IMG/VR virus record: IMGVR_UViG_3300037418_002116
Origin: a virus
Lineage: Duplodnaviria > Caudoviricetes
DNA: 64,000 nucleotides
Direction: 5' to 3' (one strand)
Shown here: piece after piece, positions 38,247-48,435 of the stretch
Numbering within the stretch: the first letter of the stretch is position 1
Layout of the letters: the number at the start of each line of letters is the position of its first letter
Position numbers and translations under genes: made by a program
Notes under the pieces: generated by a model
Told to the model about the DNA's origin: nothing
What the model saw: the letters and a program-made list of their open reading frames with translations, nothing else
Databases searched by the model: none

Positions 38247-39464
38247 TTTTCTTCGGAATCCGGATGATCTTCCCGGTGAATTTCATAGGCATAAGAAATG
38301 CCTTCCCAATTATCGACGCCAGCGGCTTCTAGCGAGGATAGCCATGCGTCACGCTTAAGCAATTCAGTATACTCTTCAATAGGAATGGAAACTGTTGGAA
38401 TAGCGATAAGTTCTTTCGTCACTTCTCTATTTCTTTCTAGCTCTTTGCGAGCCTCTTGTTGTGCTTGTCTCAATGCGTCTGTGTAGCTGTAACTAGAAGT
38501 CATTTTGTTGGTTCGTATCCGTATGCTAAAATCTCTTGCTCGTTGGCATAACGGAGCGTTTCAAAATAGAATTCTTCGTCATCGTCTTGTGTCCACCCAT
38601 CACCACGGAAATAATGACCGGTGACGCCTTCCATAACATAGAAACCGGGCTGTAAACCTTCATCCAACATCCCTAGATCGTTGAACCAATAATCGATGCC
38701 AGCGCCTTCCGCCATCCAAAAGGCAGCACCATCATAATCATAGACTTCGATATTGTATTCGAGCCTGCCACGGTAATCCTCGACTAAGCCCATGATTTCA
38801 AAAACAATCATGCCTCTATCTTTGTATGAAGGAGGATCAAAATCGGTGTTGTCTTCTGTTCCTGTAATTTCTAGGAAAAATTCGTCTATTTCGTCGCTCA
38901 TTTCGTCTCTACTAATCTCGCCTCATAATTTGGTTGCCGATAGCTAGGGCAAGACAGATAAAAACGGCAACGCCAACAAATCCCAAATATATCCATTGTG
39001 CAATTTGAGAAACAGCGATTATGTATATGAAACCGGCAGATAGAAATATGACAGCCGAGCCGATTAGAAAGGCTTTAAGGTCTTTGTTCATTGCAAACCA
39101 GTTTCTATACCTTGTTTAAAAGCATGGATGATTTCACCCATCTTCTGTGAGGCTCCAATTGGATTGAACAAAAAGGACAACACAATCAAGAACGCCGCAA
39201 GTGCTAAAATGTCTCTCATTTTTCTTTCTTTCCCCATGCAAACCATTCATGGTCATACTTATCAACGCATTGGTTTGGCCATTCGGCATCTTGTTTGTAG
39301 ATCAATTGTGGAATGAATTGTGGATATTCGTGATTAAGTTCTAGACATGCAATGCGCATGTGATCATTCCATTGATCATCTTTAAGCTTAGTAATTTCAT
39401 ATTTGTTGATGGTGCAGAAAACAAAAAGCAGGACGCACCAAAACCCAAGAACAAAGTGTTTCAC
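38243..39464 (-). other. hypothetical ORFs (38243-38503, 38500-38901 acidic, 39216-39464 TM and others)
   Basis: Co-oriented packing. Confidence 0.6.
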
Positions 39465-40114
39465 ATCGTTTCCAATATTACTTTCACTCGGGAAGCATCG
39501 ATCTTTCCCTGATATTTCTTCATAATTTGACCGACAAACCAGTTTTTAAGGTTTGTCTGCTTTTGTGCCTTTTCCCATTGTTCTGGGTTGGCTTCGATCA
39601 CTGCTTTGAGCGCATCGAAAATCTCATAATCATGAACTTCTGCAAACACATGGCGAGTCCGAACAATGTCGTAATCTTCGGACAATTCAGGTAGCATGGC
39701 CTTTTTCTGATTGAATGTGAGTGTATCATTGACCAGTCGAATAAGCTTGCGCTTATCAGCGATCACATCCAAAGCCCTTGTGCCGGTTTCCTTGGCTATC
39801 TGTGCGATAGGTCCAATGAAGAGTTTGATTGCGTCTTCCTTGTTGTCGAAGGCGCTGAAAAGGTAACAGAAATTAATCCAGTCGGTTTCAAAGAGATTGC
39901 CGAGCGCTTCCGATGTTTTCCAGTCGATTGAGAGCCCGTATTGACTTTTCAGATAATGGATTGGTGGTTCAGCGAACCAAAATTTTCGGATATAGGCGGC
40001 ATCAGTTAGCTTCGACCAAGACGTAACGAAACCAGTCGTCACATTCTTGGTCTTGCCAGTAATCCAATCACCCGTGATTTCGATATCGAAATGCACGATT
40101 TCATCATCACTCAT
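39461..40114 (-). CDS. protein with C-terminal GatB/YqeY domain
   Basis: LKAVIEANPEQWEK...LKNWFVGQIMKKYQGKIDASRVKVIL matches the GatB tail pattern (FFVGQVMK..GKA.P..V). Confidence 0.75.
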   Translation of the reverse strand: MSDDEIVHFDIEITGDWITGKTKNVTTGFVTSWSKLTDAAYIRKFWFAEPPIHYLKSQYGLSIDWKTSEALGNLFETDWINFCYLFSAFDNKEDAIKLFIGPIAQIAKETGTRALDVIADKRKLIRLVNDTLTFNQKKAMLPELSEDYDIVRTRHVFAEVHDYEIFDALKAVIEANPEQWEKAQKQTNLKNWFVGQIMKKYQGKIDASRVKVILETM

Positions 40115-40126
40115 AGAGTGTCTTTC

Positions 40127-40912
40127 TTAAAGGTCTAGGTCTTCTCTCGACAGAATCCACTCACGGCAAATGCCCGAGCGCACAATGTCATCAACGCCGA
40201 ATTCAACTGATTTGAATGAAGGCATGTTTTCTAGAATTCTAATCGCCTCACGACCACCAGAAATCTCATATTTCTTTACCAAATCGACCTGTTTTGTGTC
40301 GCCGGAAACAATAACACGACAATTTTCACCGATACGGGTTATAACCGTATGAATTTCATGCATTGTGCCGTTCTGGAATTCGTCCAGTATAACAATTGCA
40401 TCCTTGAATGTCAAGCCTCTTAGGTATGATGTTGTCGTAAATTCGAGAACACCCATTTTCTTTAGATTTTCGTATGCATTTTCACGATTGAACAATTCGG
40501 CGCACACACCTGTGTAGGCCATTTCATAGATTTTAGATTTTTCGGCAAGCGAGCCGGGCAAGAAACCGGAATCTTTTGTAGGAGCCGCTGAACGAATGAC
40601 GATAACTTTTTTGAAGTCAGAACCGGGAGTGAGAACAGTTTTCAAAGCCAGATAGAGAGCGCAATAAGTTTTGCCTGTACCGGCTGTGCCATACATCAAA
40701 ATATTGTAGTCTTTGCGGAAGGCATCGAACGCCTTTTTCTGATTAGTTGTCTTTGGTTGCACATCCACCAAGGTCATTGGTGTTCTTGGTTCGTGATAAT
40801 GCTGAATGGTTTCTTTCTCTTTTGTTGCACCACGGCCACGTTTTACCGTTTTGTTGTACTTTCTTTTTGATGTTGGTGCGGCTTCAAAGAAATCGTCTAA
40901 AAAGTTGTCCAA
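40127..40912 (-). CDS. phoH: PhoH-family ATPase
   Basis: PKT.NQ..AF; GTAGTGKT; GFLPGSL.EK; YLRGLTF...LDEFQN; TRIGENC..IVSGD..Q.D; DDIVRSG. Confidence 0.95.
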   Translation of the reverse strand: MDNFLDDFFEAAPTSKRKYNKTVKRGRGATKEKETIQHYHEPRTPMTLVDVQPKTTNQKKAFDAFRKDYNILMYGTAGTGKTYCALYLALKTVLTPGSDFKKVIVIRSAAPTKDSGFLPGSLAEKSKIYEMAYTGVCAELFNRENAYENLKKMGVLEFTTTSYLRGLTFKDAIVILDEFQNGTMHEIHTVITRIGENCRVIVSGDTKQVDLVKKYEISGGREAIRILENMPSFKSVEFGVDDIVRSGICREWILSREDLDL

Positions 40913-40983
40913 TTTGTTTTCCTGTTATTATTGTTATATTGGCCATGACGAAATATATTTCTATTATATGATGATTATATCCA

Positions 40984-41226
40984 TCAAATTTCCCCCAAAT
41001 TACCTGAATTGATTGTAGAACCGTGATTGTTCTTTTTGATGCGGTTGAGCAAGCTCTTCCAACCGTTATCGGTCTTGATCCCGCCAACATCATGCACCAT
41101 TGAAGCATTAGTGATGATTTGAAATTTGTCTGGATTTGCTTTAAGGTATTCTTCACGCTCTGCAATCGTCATTTCCAGCGTGATTTCTTCCTGTGTATTT
41201 CTGTCTTCGAACGTGTAGAAAGGCAT
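40984..41226 (-). CDS. FmdB-like small protein (Cys-less)
   Basis: MPFYTFEDRNTQE...MTIAEREEYLKANP...DNGWKSLL.RIK pattern; late promoter upstream. Confidence 0.65.
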   Translation of the reverse strand: MPFYTFEDRNTQEEITLEMTIAEREEYLKANPDKFQIITNASMVHDVGGIKTDNGWKSLLNRIKKNNHGSTINSGNLGEI

Positions 41227-41257
41227 TATGTCCTTGTTTTTCCTTATAAAAATGAAT

Positions 41258-41299
41258 ATGCCCCTACATTACCTCTCGAAAGGCAATGGGAAGGGGCAT
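41258..41299. promoter_or_regulatory. leader hairpin between late promoter and FmdB-like gene
   Basis: ATGCCCCT/AGGGGCAT outer stem with inner CATT/AATG and CCT/AGG pairs. Confidence 0.45.
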
Positions 41300-41326
41300 T
41301 GGGTCAATATTCTGTTTTCATGTCTA

Positions 41327-41334
41327 TATTTATA
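41327..41334 (-). promoter_or_regulatory. late promoter TATAAATA
   Basis: Exact match in the intergenic gap upstream of the 41226 start. Confidence 0.65.
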
Positions 41335-41354
41335 ATCCTGCCGGGCACACCGAT

Positions 41355-41918
41355 TTATTCCATATCGATGGAACGCCATGAGGGACGCTTGAAATTCACA
41401 AATTGTTTTGTGGAGGCATTAAAAAAATAATTTTTAACGGCGTTGTTGAGGATATCCCACTCAAACACAACGCATTCGTTCACATGCATACGAGACGGTA
41501 TCGGATATTGAATCGCAATATTGTTGTTCAGTCGATCCGAAAACAATCCCTTGGCACCGGCATTTTGAAATCCTCGAAATTTCAGATTTACCATCAGCCT
41601 AAAATTGGGTCTGATCCAGTCATCCGAGCCAGAAAGATTTTTCTTCACAAATTTCTGACATTGCTCTTGGCAGCACTCCATATCGGGTATCATGTTGATA
41701 GGGAACATTTTAACGGAATGTGCGTGGATATAGAATTGTTCTTTTTCGTTGAAATTACAATAAACGGAATTCTCAAGTCCCACATTGTCAAGCATCGTTT
41801 TGGCGGAATTCGCAAACTTACATGCGTTTCCACCATCGGCATCCCAAGCGAGAATTTGGAATTTTTCATCTTCCGTTGGAAGCCAGCTTTTTATGGTTGT
41901 GATAACTTTTGAAGCCAC
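41355..41918 (-). CDS. hypothetical protein
   Basis: 187 aa. Confidence 0.65.
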   Translation of the reverse strand: MASKVITTIKSWLPTEDEKFQILAWDADGGNACKFANSAKTMLDNVGLENSVYCNFNEKEQFYIHAHSVKMFPINMIPDMECCQEQCQKFVKKNLSGSDDWIRPNFRLMVNLKFRGFQNAGAKGLFSDRLNNNIAIQYPIPSRMHVNECVVFEWDILNNAVKNYFFNASTKQFVNFKRPSWRSIDME

Positions 41919-42463
41919 GTCGGTTTACCAATTCGTGTTGATGCTGTTGTATCGACCAAAACTTTGGCCGTTTCGATTTTGCCATAGGCATATGTGATTT
42001 CTATCACATAACAATGATCTATTATCATCCTTCCAAGCCTGCTGAAAGTCCTACCAGAATCAGTCGGTATCAACAATCGTATTGGGCGATTATCAATGTC
42101 AACGAACTTGTATTGGCGCTCTTTCCCATTGGAAGCAGTTGTATATTTGTATTTAAAATGAACAAGCGTTGTAACCGAAAGTTCTTTTTCCCAACGTTTC
42201 ACCAGTTTTTGCAAAATACTTTTGTTTTGAATGACTTGTAGCAACACACACTCTCGTGTGTATCGGCGGTCGTCACCTAAATCAAAGCAGACCAATGTTT
42301 TGGCGGGCGGCAGGCGGTTTAAATCATGGTAATGGACGCCACCATTTTCTGTCACATGGACAAGAGAATTATACGTGTATGCCCAAAATTGTACAGAATG
42401 AGGCACCACGAAATCGCTTGGTGGTTGCATAGAATCTCGAAAATTTGAAAGTATAAATAACAT
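41891..42463 (-). CDS. hypothetical protein (start probably near 42430)
   Basis: 190-aa ORF. Confidence 0.6.
   Translation of the reverse strand: MLFILSNFRDSMQPPSDFVVPHSVQFWAYTYNSLVHVTENGGVHYHDLNRLPPAKTLVCFDLGDDRRYTRECVLLQVIQNKSILQKLVKRWEKELSVTTLVHFKYKYTTASNGKERQYKFVDIDNRPIRLLIPTDSGRTFSRLGRMIIDHCYVIEITYAYGKIETAKVLVDTTASTRIGKPTWLQKLSQP
42452..42459 (+). promoter_or_regulatory. late promoter TATAAATA
   Basis: Exact match, then TAGGAG SD and TTG start at 42484. Confidence 0.85.
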
Positions 42464-42483
42464 ACTAACATAGGAGATTTAAT

Positions 42484-42963
42484 TTGTCAACACTCACACC
42501 AGAACAGCGGGACGCTATCATCAAAACAATCTATGGTGAAGCAAGAGGCGAACCGGAAAAAGGTATGCGAGCCGTGGCCCATGTCATCAAAAACAGAACA
42601 GCTGATTACCGTTGGCCCGATGATCCGGAAGCCGTGGTTAAGCAGCATCTACAATTTTCGTCATGGAACACAAATGACCCAAATTATGCCAAAATTCAGG
42701 CGCTTCCAAAAACAAACACATTCTATCAGTCAATCGGCCACATTGTGGACGAAGTATGGGCTGGCGAACCTGATTTCACCAATGGAGCGGTCTATTATTA
42801 TGCGCCAGCGGGTATGCCCGGCCATAAAGCACCAAGCTGGTGGTCTACAGCCGTAGCGGAATCTGGTGGCCAGATTCAGGTTGGTGGTCAGTATTTTGCC
42901 GGTAAGGTTCATACACAGAAGCCAGCGGCAAAAATTGTAAAGAGAACAGCTAAGAAAGCCTAA
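42484..42963 (+). CDS. SleB / Hydrolase_2 cell-wall hydrolase (candidate endolysin)
   Basis: IYGEARGEPEKGMRAVAHVIKNR...WP....VVKQ..QFS.WN...GAVYYY. Confidence 0.9.
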   Translation: MSTLTPEQRDAIIKTIYGEARGEPEKGMRAVAHVIKNRTADYRWPDDPEAVVKQHLQFSSWNTNDPNYAKIQALPKTNTFYQSIGHIVDEVWAGEPDFTNGAVYYYAPAGMPGHKAPSWWSTAVAESGGQIQVGGQYFAGKVHTQKPAAKIVKRTAKKA

Positions 42964-42965
42964 TT

Positions 42966-43718
42966 TTGATGAGCTTTAAAAATTTCTTGATTGAATCCGC
43001 AACGGCAGAGGCAGCAAGAAGTCTTGGATTGACGTATTTTGGTTTTGGAAAATACGGCAAGGATGGACGTGTGGAATATATCGTGCATGATGGAAAACTC
43101 ATTCCATTCAATGCTAAAGTGAAACAAGAAATTGGGGATACTGTTCCAACCAACAAGTCCCTTAAACCTATTCAGGATGGAACAAAGGTTTTCAATGGTG
43201 AACCAAGAGCGATTGAAACCCAGATTTCCAAGCAAACATCTGGCGCTATCGGTGAACATATTGCAGTTGCCTATCTCAAATCGATAGGCATTACCGATGC
43301 TGAACCTCTGAATATGCGTACTTCCAATTTTCCAGTTGATTTGATTGGCGATCATATGCTTTGTGAGGTTAAAACCGGACTGGTATCTAACCAGAAAGGT
43401 GCGCAACACTGGCGAGCAACCATCGGACAACCGGGCAAGGCCGAAACGGAGTGGCTTAAAAGCGCTTCTAAGGAAGAAAAAGCAGCTTGGAACAAGCGCA
43501 AAAATCAAGAAATTATGGACCGCAAGAATGCCGTCCTGAAAGATATGTCAAAAAAATACGGAACCCCTATGAAAGCCCGAACTTTGACAACAATCCTGAA
43601 TCCTGATACACATACGGTTGACGTATTTTTGTTCGAAGGCTTCCATTCGAGCATAAAATGGAATTCCGAGGAAGCGAAGCGCTCTTACGTGGGGACGTTC
43701 AAATACCATGCAGACTGA
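42966..43718 (+). CDS. PD-(D/E)xK nuclease-domain protein with SFKNFLIE N-terminus
   Basis: GAIGEHIAVAYL...NFPVDLI.D..LCEVKTG nuclease core. Confidence 0.65.
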   Translation: MMSFKNFLIESATAEAARSLGLTYFGFGKYGKDGRVEYIVHDGKLIPFNAKVKQEIGDTVPTNKSLKPIQDGTKVFNGEPRAIETQISKQTSGAIGEHIAVAYLKSIGITDAEPLNMRTSNFPVDLIGDHMLCEVKTGLVSNQKGAQHWRATIGQPGKAETEWLKSASKEEKAAWNKRKNQEIMDRKNAVLKDMSKKYGTPMKARTLTTILNPDTHTVDVFLFEGFHSSIKWNSEEAKRSYVGTFKYHAD

Positions 43719-43917
43719 ACAAGATAATGTTCCAAAAAACGTTGTGGACGAATTCACCAACGCACTGAACGATCACGAAAAAGAATTGCGCAAACAAATG
43801 ACGCATCATCTGGACCATCTTGAAGGCCAGAACGGAACAAAAGAGCCGGAACACAACGTCCATCACATCGACGTTGCCGATTCCGGTGTGGACCCTTCCA
43901 AAATTTCCTCAAAGTAG
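43708..43917 (+). CDS. His-rich acidic small late protein
   Basis: Overlaps the upstream gene. Confidence 0.6.
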   Translation: MQTEQDNVPKNVVDEFTNALNDHEKELRKQMTHHLDHLEGQNGTKEPEHNVHHIDVADSGVDPSKISSK

Positions 43918-43920
43918 CGG

Positions 43921-43948
43921 TTGACATCCTCAATATTTCGATTATATT
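43921..43948 (+). promoter_or_regulatory. early promoter
   Basis: TTGACA-N16-TATATT with AGAGAGGAA SD. Confidence 0.75.
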
Positions 43949-43972
43949 AATCTCGACATAGAGAGGAATTCG

Positions 43973-46834
43973 ATGATTTGGGATGACGCCCGGTATGATC
44001 GTTTTTTGGATGGACGTGAATCACGCCGTCTAAAGCAGGATGCCCACAATCTAGACAAGCTGGATCGCCAAATGGCGGCGGCAGAAGCGATGATTGGCGA
44101 GCTTTGCAAGGAAGGCAAGCAAGTTTTTTACATCTATCCAGTGGGCGGCAAGTACCGTGAAGGCCCTCGCCACGAGCTTATCGATTTCCTCATTCGCAAT
44201 AGGTATGTGTGATGACTGCCGCCCAATTCGAAGCTTTTGCCAATTCGTTGCCAAATGGTTTTTTGAAGACATGGAAGGCAAATTCTATGATCGGACAAAT
44301 CCAGATGTACGGCGGCGTGGAACAGCTTGGCTTGGAGTGGGTTGAAAATTGCCTTCTGATGGAAGGTTTCACCAATGCGAACTGCATTGAAATCTACAAA
44401 TTTTTGAGGGACACAAAATGACCAAGACACAGAAGCAGAAGCGTCGTTCCGAGATTATCAAGCAGCTTTCGGACCTTTCTCGCAATGGTTGGGCTGGCGC
44501 ACTCGAATGCGACTACAAGCCGCTGGAAAAAGAGCTTGCGGAACTGGACGCATGACACCGCTCACCAAGAAAATTCTGTTCACCATCGCACAGGCCGTCG
44601 TCATTGGCGCTCTCACTGGTGCGATCACATCTTATTTTGTTGCAAACGCTGTTATGAAGGCAAACGGGTATTGACATGCATATTATTGTTTCAGATCAAT
44701 GGCTTAACGATTGCGGGATGTCTCGCCTTTCCGGCGTTTCGCTGAAAGTTATCAAGCATACGCCCATGTGGTCGAAAGGCGAATCGATGTATGAAGTCGA
44801 ATTGCCGGAAGGTCGGTCGTGGGTTGTGTGGTCGATTCGTGGCGTGAAGGAAGTCGATGATCCTTCGCCCATCGTTCCGGCTTCCGAACCCAGACCAGAG
44901 ATTCGAACGGATTACCTTTCCGTTGTCGAAGCCAGAAAAAAGGTGAGGCGTCGTGGCAAAAAATCAGACCAAACAGCTTAAATCGAATCTTTTCGATAGG
45001 CCACGTTATGCCTTTGATGAAGAACATCTTTTTCACCATTGGCATGACGAGAAAGAGCGGGAAGAATTCGAAACCGAAACATTTCCGTGGTGGTCGCCGG
45101 TTTGGAACGAAGATCGAGGAACAAAAAATTGGCGACTCGTGAATCCACACGGGAATCTCTTCGACTTTGCTGAATTCTACAGACCATTCTTTGATACGGA
45201 TTATCCGGGTTACAGGCCGGAATACCGTGCGAATCTTTCTACCGGTTCTTGTTACGAATGGACGCCCGTCTTTTTCCTTCATTGGATGAAGGCCGTCGTC
45301 TATGATCGCTCCATCTATCTGTGGAATCAGAACGAAAAAAGATTCAAGGCCGAATTTCCGAACAAGAAACCAGACCAGATCGCCCGCATGTGCGACGAAG
45401 AAAACGCAAAATATTTTGAATCGTTGCGTGGTGAGTGTTGACTCTCTCTATATTTCTATTATATTGGTGAATGTAGAGAGGAACGAATGACCTACGAAGT
45501 CCTTTATGAAAACCGTGGTGATCGCTGGCCATTGTGCAATGTCGCTCTGGTGACCAATGACAAGGACAAGGCGTTCGAATATTGCCGGAAGCTTTCCGGT
45601 CCTCTTGCCCAAGCCATTCACTATGCCATCACCAGCGAAGATGGTGTTACCCACTGGAACACCAAGGAAAAGGGTTTGTTGTAATGTCAATTGCTCTTTC
45701 GTTTGAAGCCAAGTTCGAAGACGGCGTTATGCGCTGGCAGTCCAGCGGTCGTGTTCCGCCCGAAGAGTGGGTTGAAAAGGCCATTCGGGAAGGCTATCCG
45801 GTCGATAAGGCCAAGTGTGACGCCGCCCGTTCCGCCGAGTTGAAGGAATTCTTCGCAGCCTATCGCAAGGCACAGGCTGAGAGAACGCCGGAACAGATTG
45901 CCGAAGAGCGTATGGAGGCACGTGCAGCCATGGGCGCTGGCGTGAAGATGGTCAACATCTTGACGGGCGAGGAATTCACCACGTGATAAAAGATGTGAAA
46001 TATCTTTATTTCGATATCGACTCGGAATGTGTCTATCGTAAACCAACAGACCATTACGAATCCTTCCTGCCAACCATCGATTTGACGGAAGGATGGTTGG
46101 TGTTCGTGGAATACACGGTCTATGATTCGAACGGACCTTCACCCGGAACCTATTATGAAGTCATTGACTTGTATCCGGATGCCGAGTCGGCCCGAGCGCA
46201 AGCCATTCGAATCAAGGAACGTCAATGGGGCGATATCGGTCCTGAACCTGTCAAGGCTGATGGCAGCAAGGTCTATGAATCATGGAAGAATTGGGGACAA
46301 AGTTTCTCAAAATGCGTCATGGTCAAGGTAACCGTCACTGACAAAAAGCCCATCTTGCGGGAAGAGTTTAGGTGATCGGCAAGCATTTCAAGATTGTTGT
46401 TCCCGAACATTACAAAGAATCAGGCTTGCTTGTTCGGGAACATGTTGTGCGTTTCAAGGTGATCGATGTTGAAGGCGACACCGCTCTTGTGATGTATCGC
46501 AATGGAAATGTCGGTTCCTTGAAGATAGAGAATTTTCAGGATGATCCTGATTATCTCATTTACGACAGACGAGGGAACAAAATCCCAATTCAGAAAAAGG
46601 CAGCACAAAAGTACAGCGCAAAGAAGCGAAAGAGGAAAAGCGATGTGGAATTGCAATGCCAAGGTAAATGAACGACAACTGTTCGGAACTGCCCGATATT
46701 CGTTCGTTGGAGGCTATTCAGACGGATATTTCGGCAAACCCAAAGCTCTTGCGTATTCATCCGACAAGAATATGAATGCCAAAGCCTATAACGAAGGCTT
46801 TGTCGAAGGCAAGAAAGACAAAGAAACCGTCTAA
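43973..46834 (+). other. early gene island (43973-44212, 44209-44421, 44676-44981, 44953-45441, 45487-45684, 45684-45986, 45983-46375, 46372-46671, 46643-46834 and smaller ORFs)
   Basis: Coupled plus-strand ORFs driven by promoters at 43921 and 45438. Confidence 0.7.
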
Positions 46835-47397
46835 TTCAGAACCGTTATGAAGGCGGTTTTTAAATTCTGTGCAGTCGCCGGGCGAAATTTTCTGTTTTGT
46901 TCGGCGTCTGGATACATGAAAATGAATTCCACATCCGGATATTGTTTGGCGAACCAATCCAGATACAGCATCCGATTGGCGCAATCTGCTAGTGATGCTC
47001 GTGTTTCCGGGCCATAACCATTGGTGGAATCATAGATATTCGCCATGTTCAGTTCAGCATCCTCGAATAGGAAATCGAAGCCGATGCAGTAGAGGGACGT
47101 ATGCCCGGCCTTGATCGCTTCACGCATAGCGACCATACCGGCGTTCTCTCGATTTCTGTAAGGCGAGTAGGCGAACGGTTCGTATTGTTCATCCTCTGGT
47201 GGCACAATGAACCGTTCCTTTGGGAAGGATGACTCCAGAATTTCCCCAATGATCTTGTCATCGATAGCGACCAGAAAATCAGGTTTGAAATCACGATAGG
47301 CCGCATTGCAGGCATACATAGGCCCGAGCAATTTGAAGTGCGTTAGATCGACTTCTTTGCGTGTCTTGCCATTACCAACGATTATCGCAGTGGTCAT
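46831..47397 (-). CDS. DUF115/MptE-like or sialyltransferase-like Rossmann protein
   Basis: IIVGNGKTR...YACNAAYRDFKPDFLVAIDD...NAG..AM..A...GH..LY.IGFDF. Confidence 0.6.
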   Translation of the reverse strand: MTTAIIVGNGKTRKEVDLTHFKLLGPMYACNAAYRDFKPDFLVAIDDKIIGEILESSFPKERFIVPPEDEQYEPFAYSPYRNRENAGMVAMREAIKAGHTSLYCIGFDFLFEDAELNMANIYDSTNGYGPETRASLADCANRMLYLDWFAKQYPDVEFIFMYPDAEQNRKFRPATAQNLKTAFITVLN

Positions 47398-47566
47398 TCG
47401 TCGTCATCGCCTCTATAAGGGTAAATGCTACCCGGCAGTTGTTCATCATGTTCTTGTTGTTTTCGTTTACGCTGTTCTCTGATTTCATCTTTCGATGGTT
47501 TCTTATAATCAGAATAGCCGGAATCATCGTAATCCAGCTTATGGCGTTTATATGATTTACCCATCG

Positions 47567-48247
47567 TTAGACAGTCTTCTTTTGTCCTTTTGGACGACCG
47601 GCTTTCTTCACAGGCGCATTAAAAACAGTTTCCACAATCGCTTGATTGCTCTTCAATGTTGCGGCATCCAAGGCAAGATCGCCATCGCTCTTAAACGAGT
47701 CACCCAATACAGAATCGTCAAACCCCTCGAAATCTTCTCCCAACAAGTTCGAAGAGCTTTCCAAAGGGGCGGTAACGACCGCTTTCTCTTTTTTTGGCTT
47801 TTCAACTTCCGGCCCCCATTTGGCAACCAAGAGAGGGAAAGCTTCGCTGATGAGCGCACGTGTGATGGTTTTGTTTGGCAGCGCACGATGGTCCTTCACA
47901 TAGAGCAACAGCTTGGCGTCCTTTGGATGCAGTGTTTGCAGTAGTGAAATGAACATCGTTTCACGTTTAGCAGGCTTCATATGTGGATATGGGCCGGTCG
48001 AATTGAAGTGCTGTAGCAAGCGAAAATCTTGCCAGATACGACCGTCCAAAAGAACGGCATCATCCTTGCAAGGCTCATAGGGCGGCTCACCTTCCGGAAC
48101 AAGCCATTTGATATTGGAATCAAAGACATAGCCCAAGAACGCTTTCAGATTTTTGTTAGAGTATTTGTGGAGAACAGCGATCTTCTCTGATTTGGTTGGA
48201 GCCTTATCGGCTTCTTCAAAGATCGTGTATAGTGCTGGTAGTGACAT
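47567..48247 (-). CDS. conserved T4-like hypothetical protein (DUF6433-like)
   Basis: K..KI..L.KY...L...FD..I.W..PEG.PPY...RE.MFI.LL..LH..DA.LL. Confidence 0.65.
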   Translation of the reverse strand: MSLPALYTIFEEADKAPTKSEKIAVLHKYSNKNLKAFLGYVFDSNIKWLVPEGEPPYEPCKDDAVLLDGRIWQDFRLLQHFNSTGPYPHMKPAKRETMFISLLQTLHPKDAKLLLYVKDHRALPNKTITRALISEAFPLLVAKWGPEVEKPKKEKAVVTAPLESSSNLLGEDFEGFDDSVLGDSFKSDGDLALDAATLKSNQAIVETVFNAPVKKAGRPKGQKKTV

Positions 48248-48433
48248 TTATGGAAGCTTCTCTATTCTTGAATCGCCGTTAGTAACTGGAATGAAATACC
48301 ATTTGTCCAATTCGTTTTTGAAACCAGATGCTTCAAGATTAGCTTTGGTAAGTTCCATTATTTCGTTTTGTTTAGAAGTCGGCAATTGTCCTACATGAAC
48401 ATAATAAACATAACGTTGAATATCGTAATTCAA
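48248..48433 (-). CDS. hypothetical protein
   Basis: 61 aa. Confidence 0.6.
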   Translation of the reverse strand: MNYDIQRYVYYVHVGQLPTSKQNEIMELTKANLEASGFKNELDKWYFIPVTNGDSRIEKLP

Positions 48434-48435
48434 GT

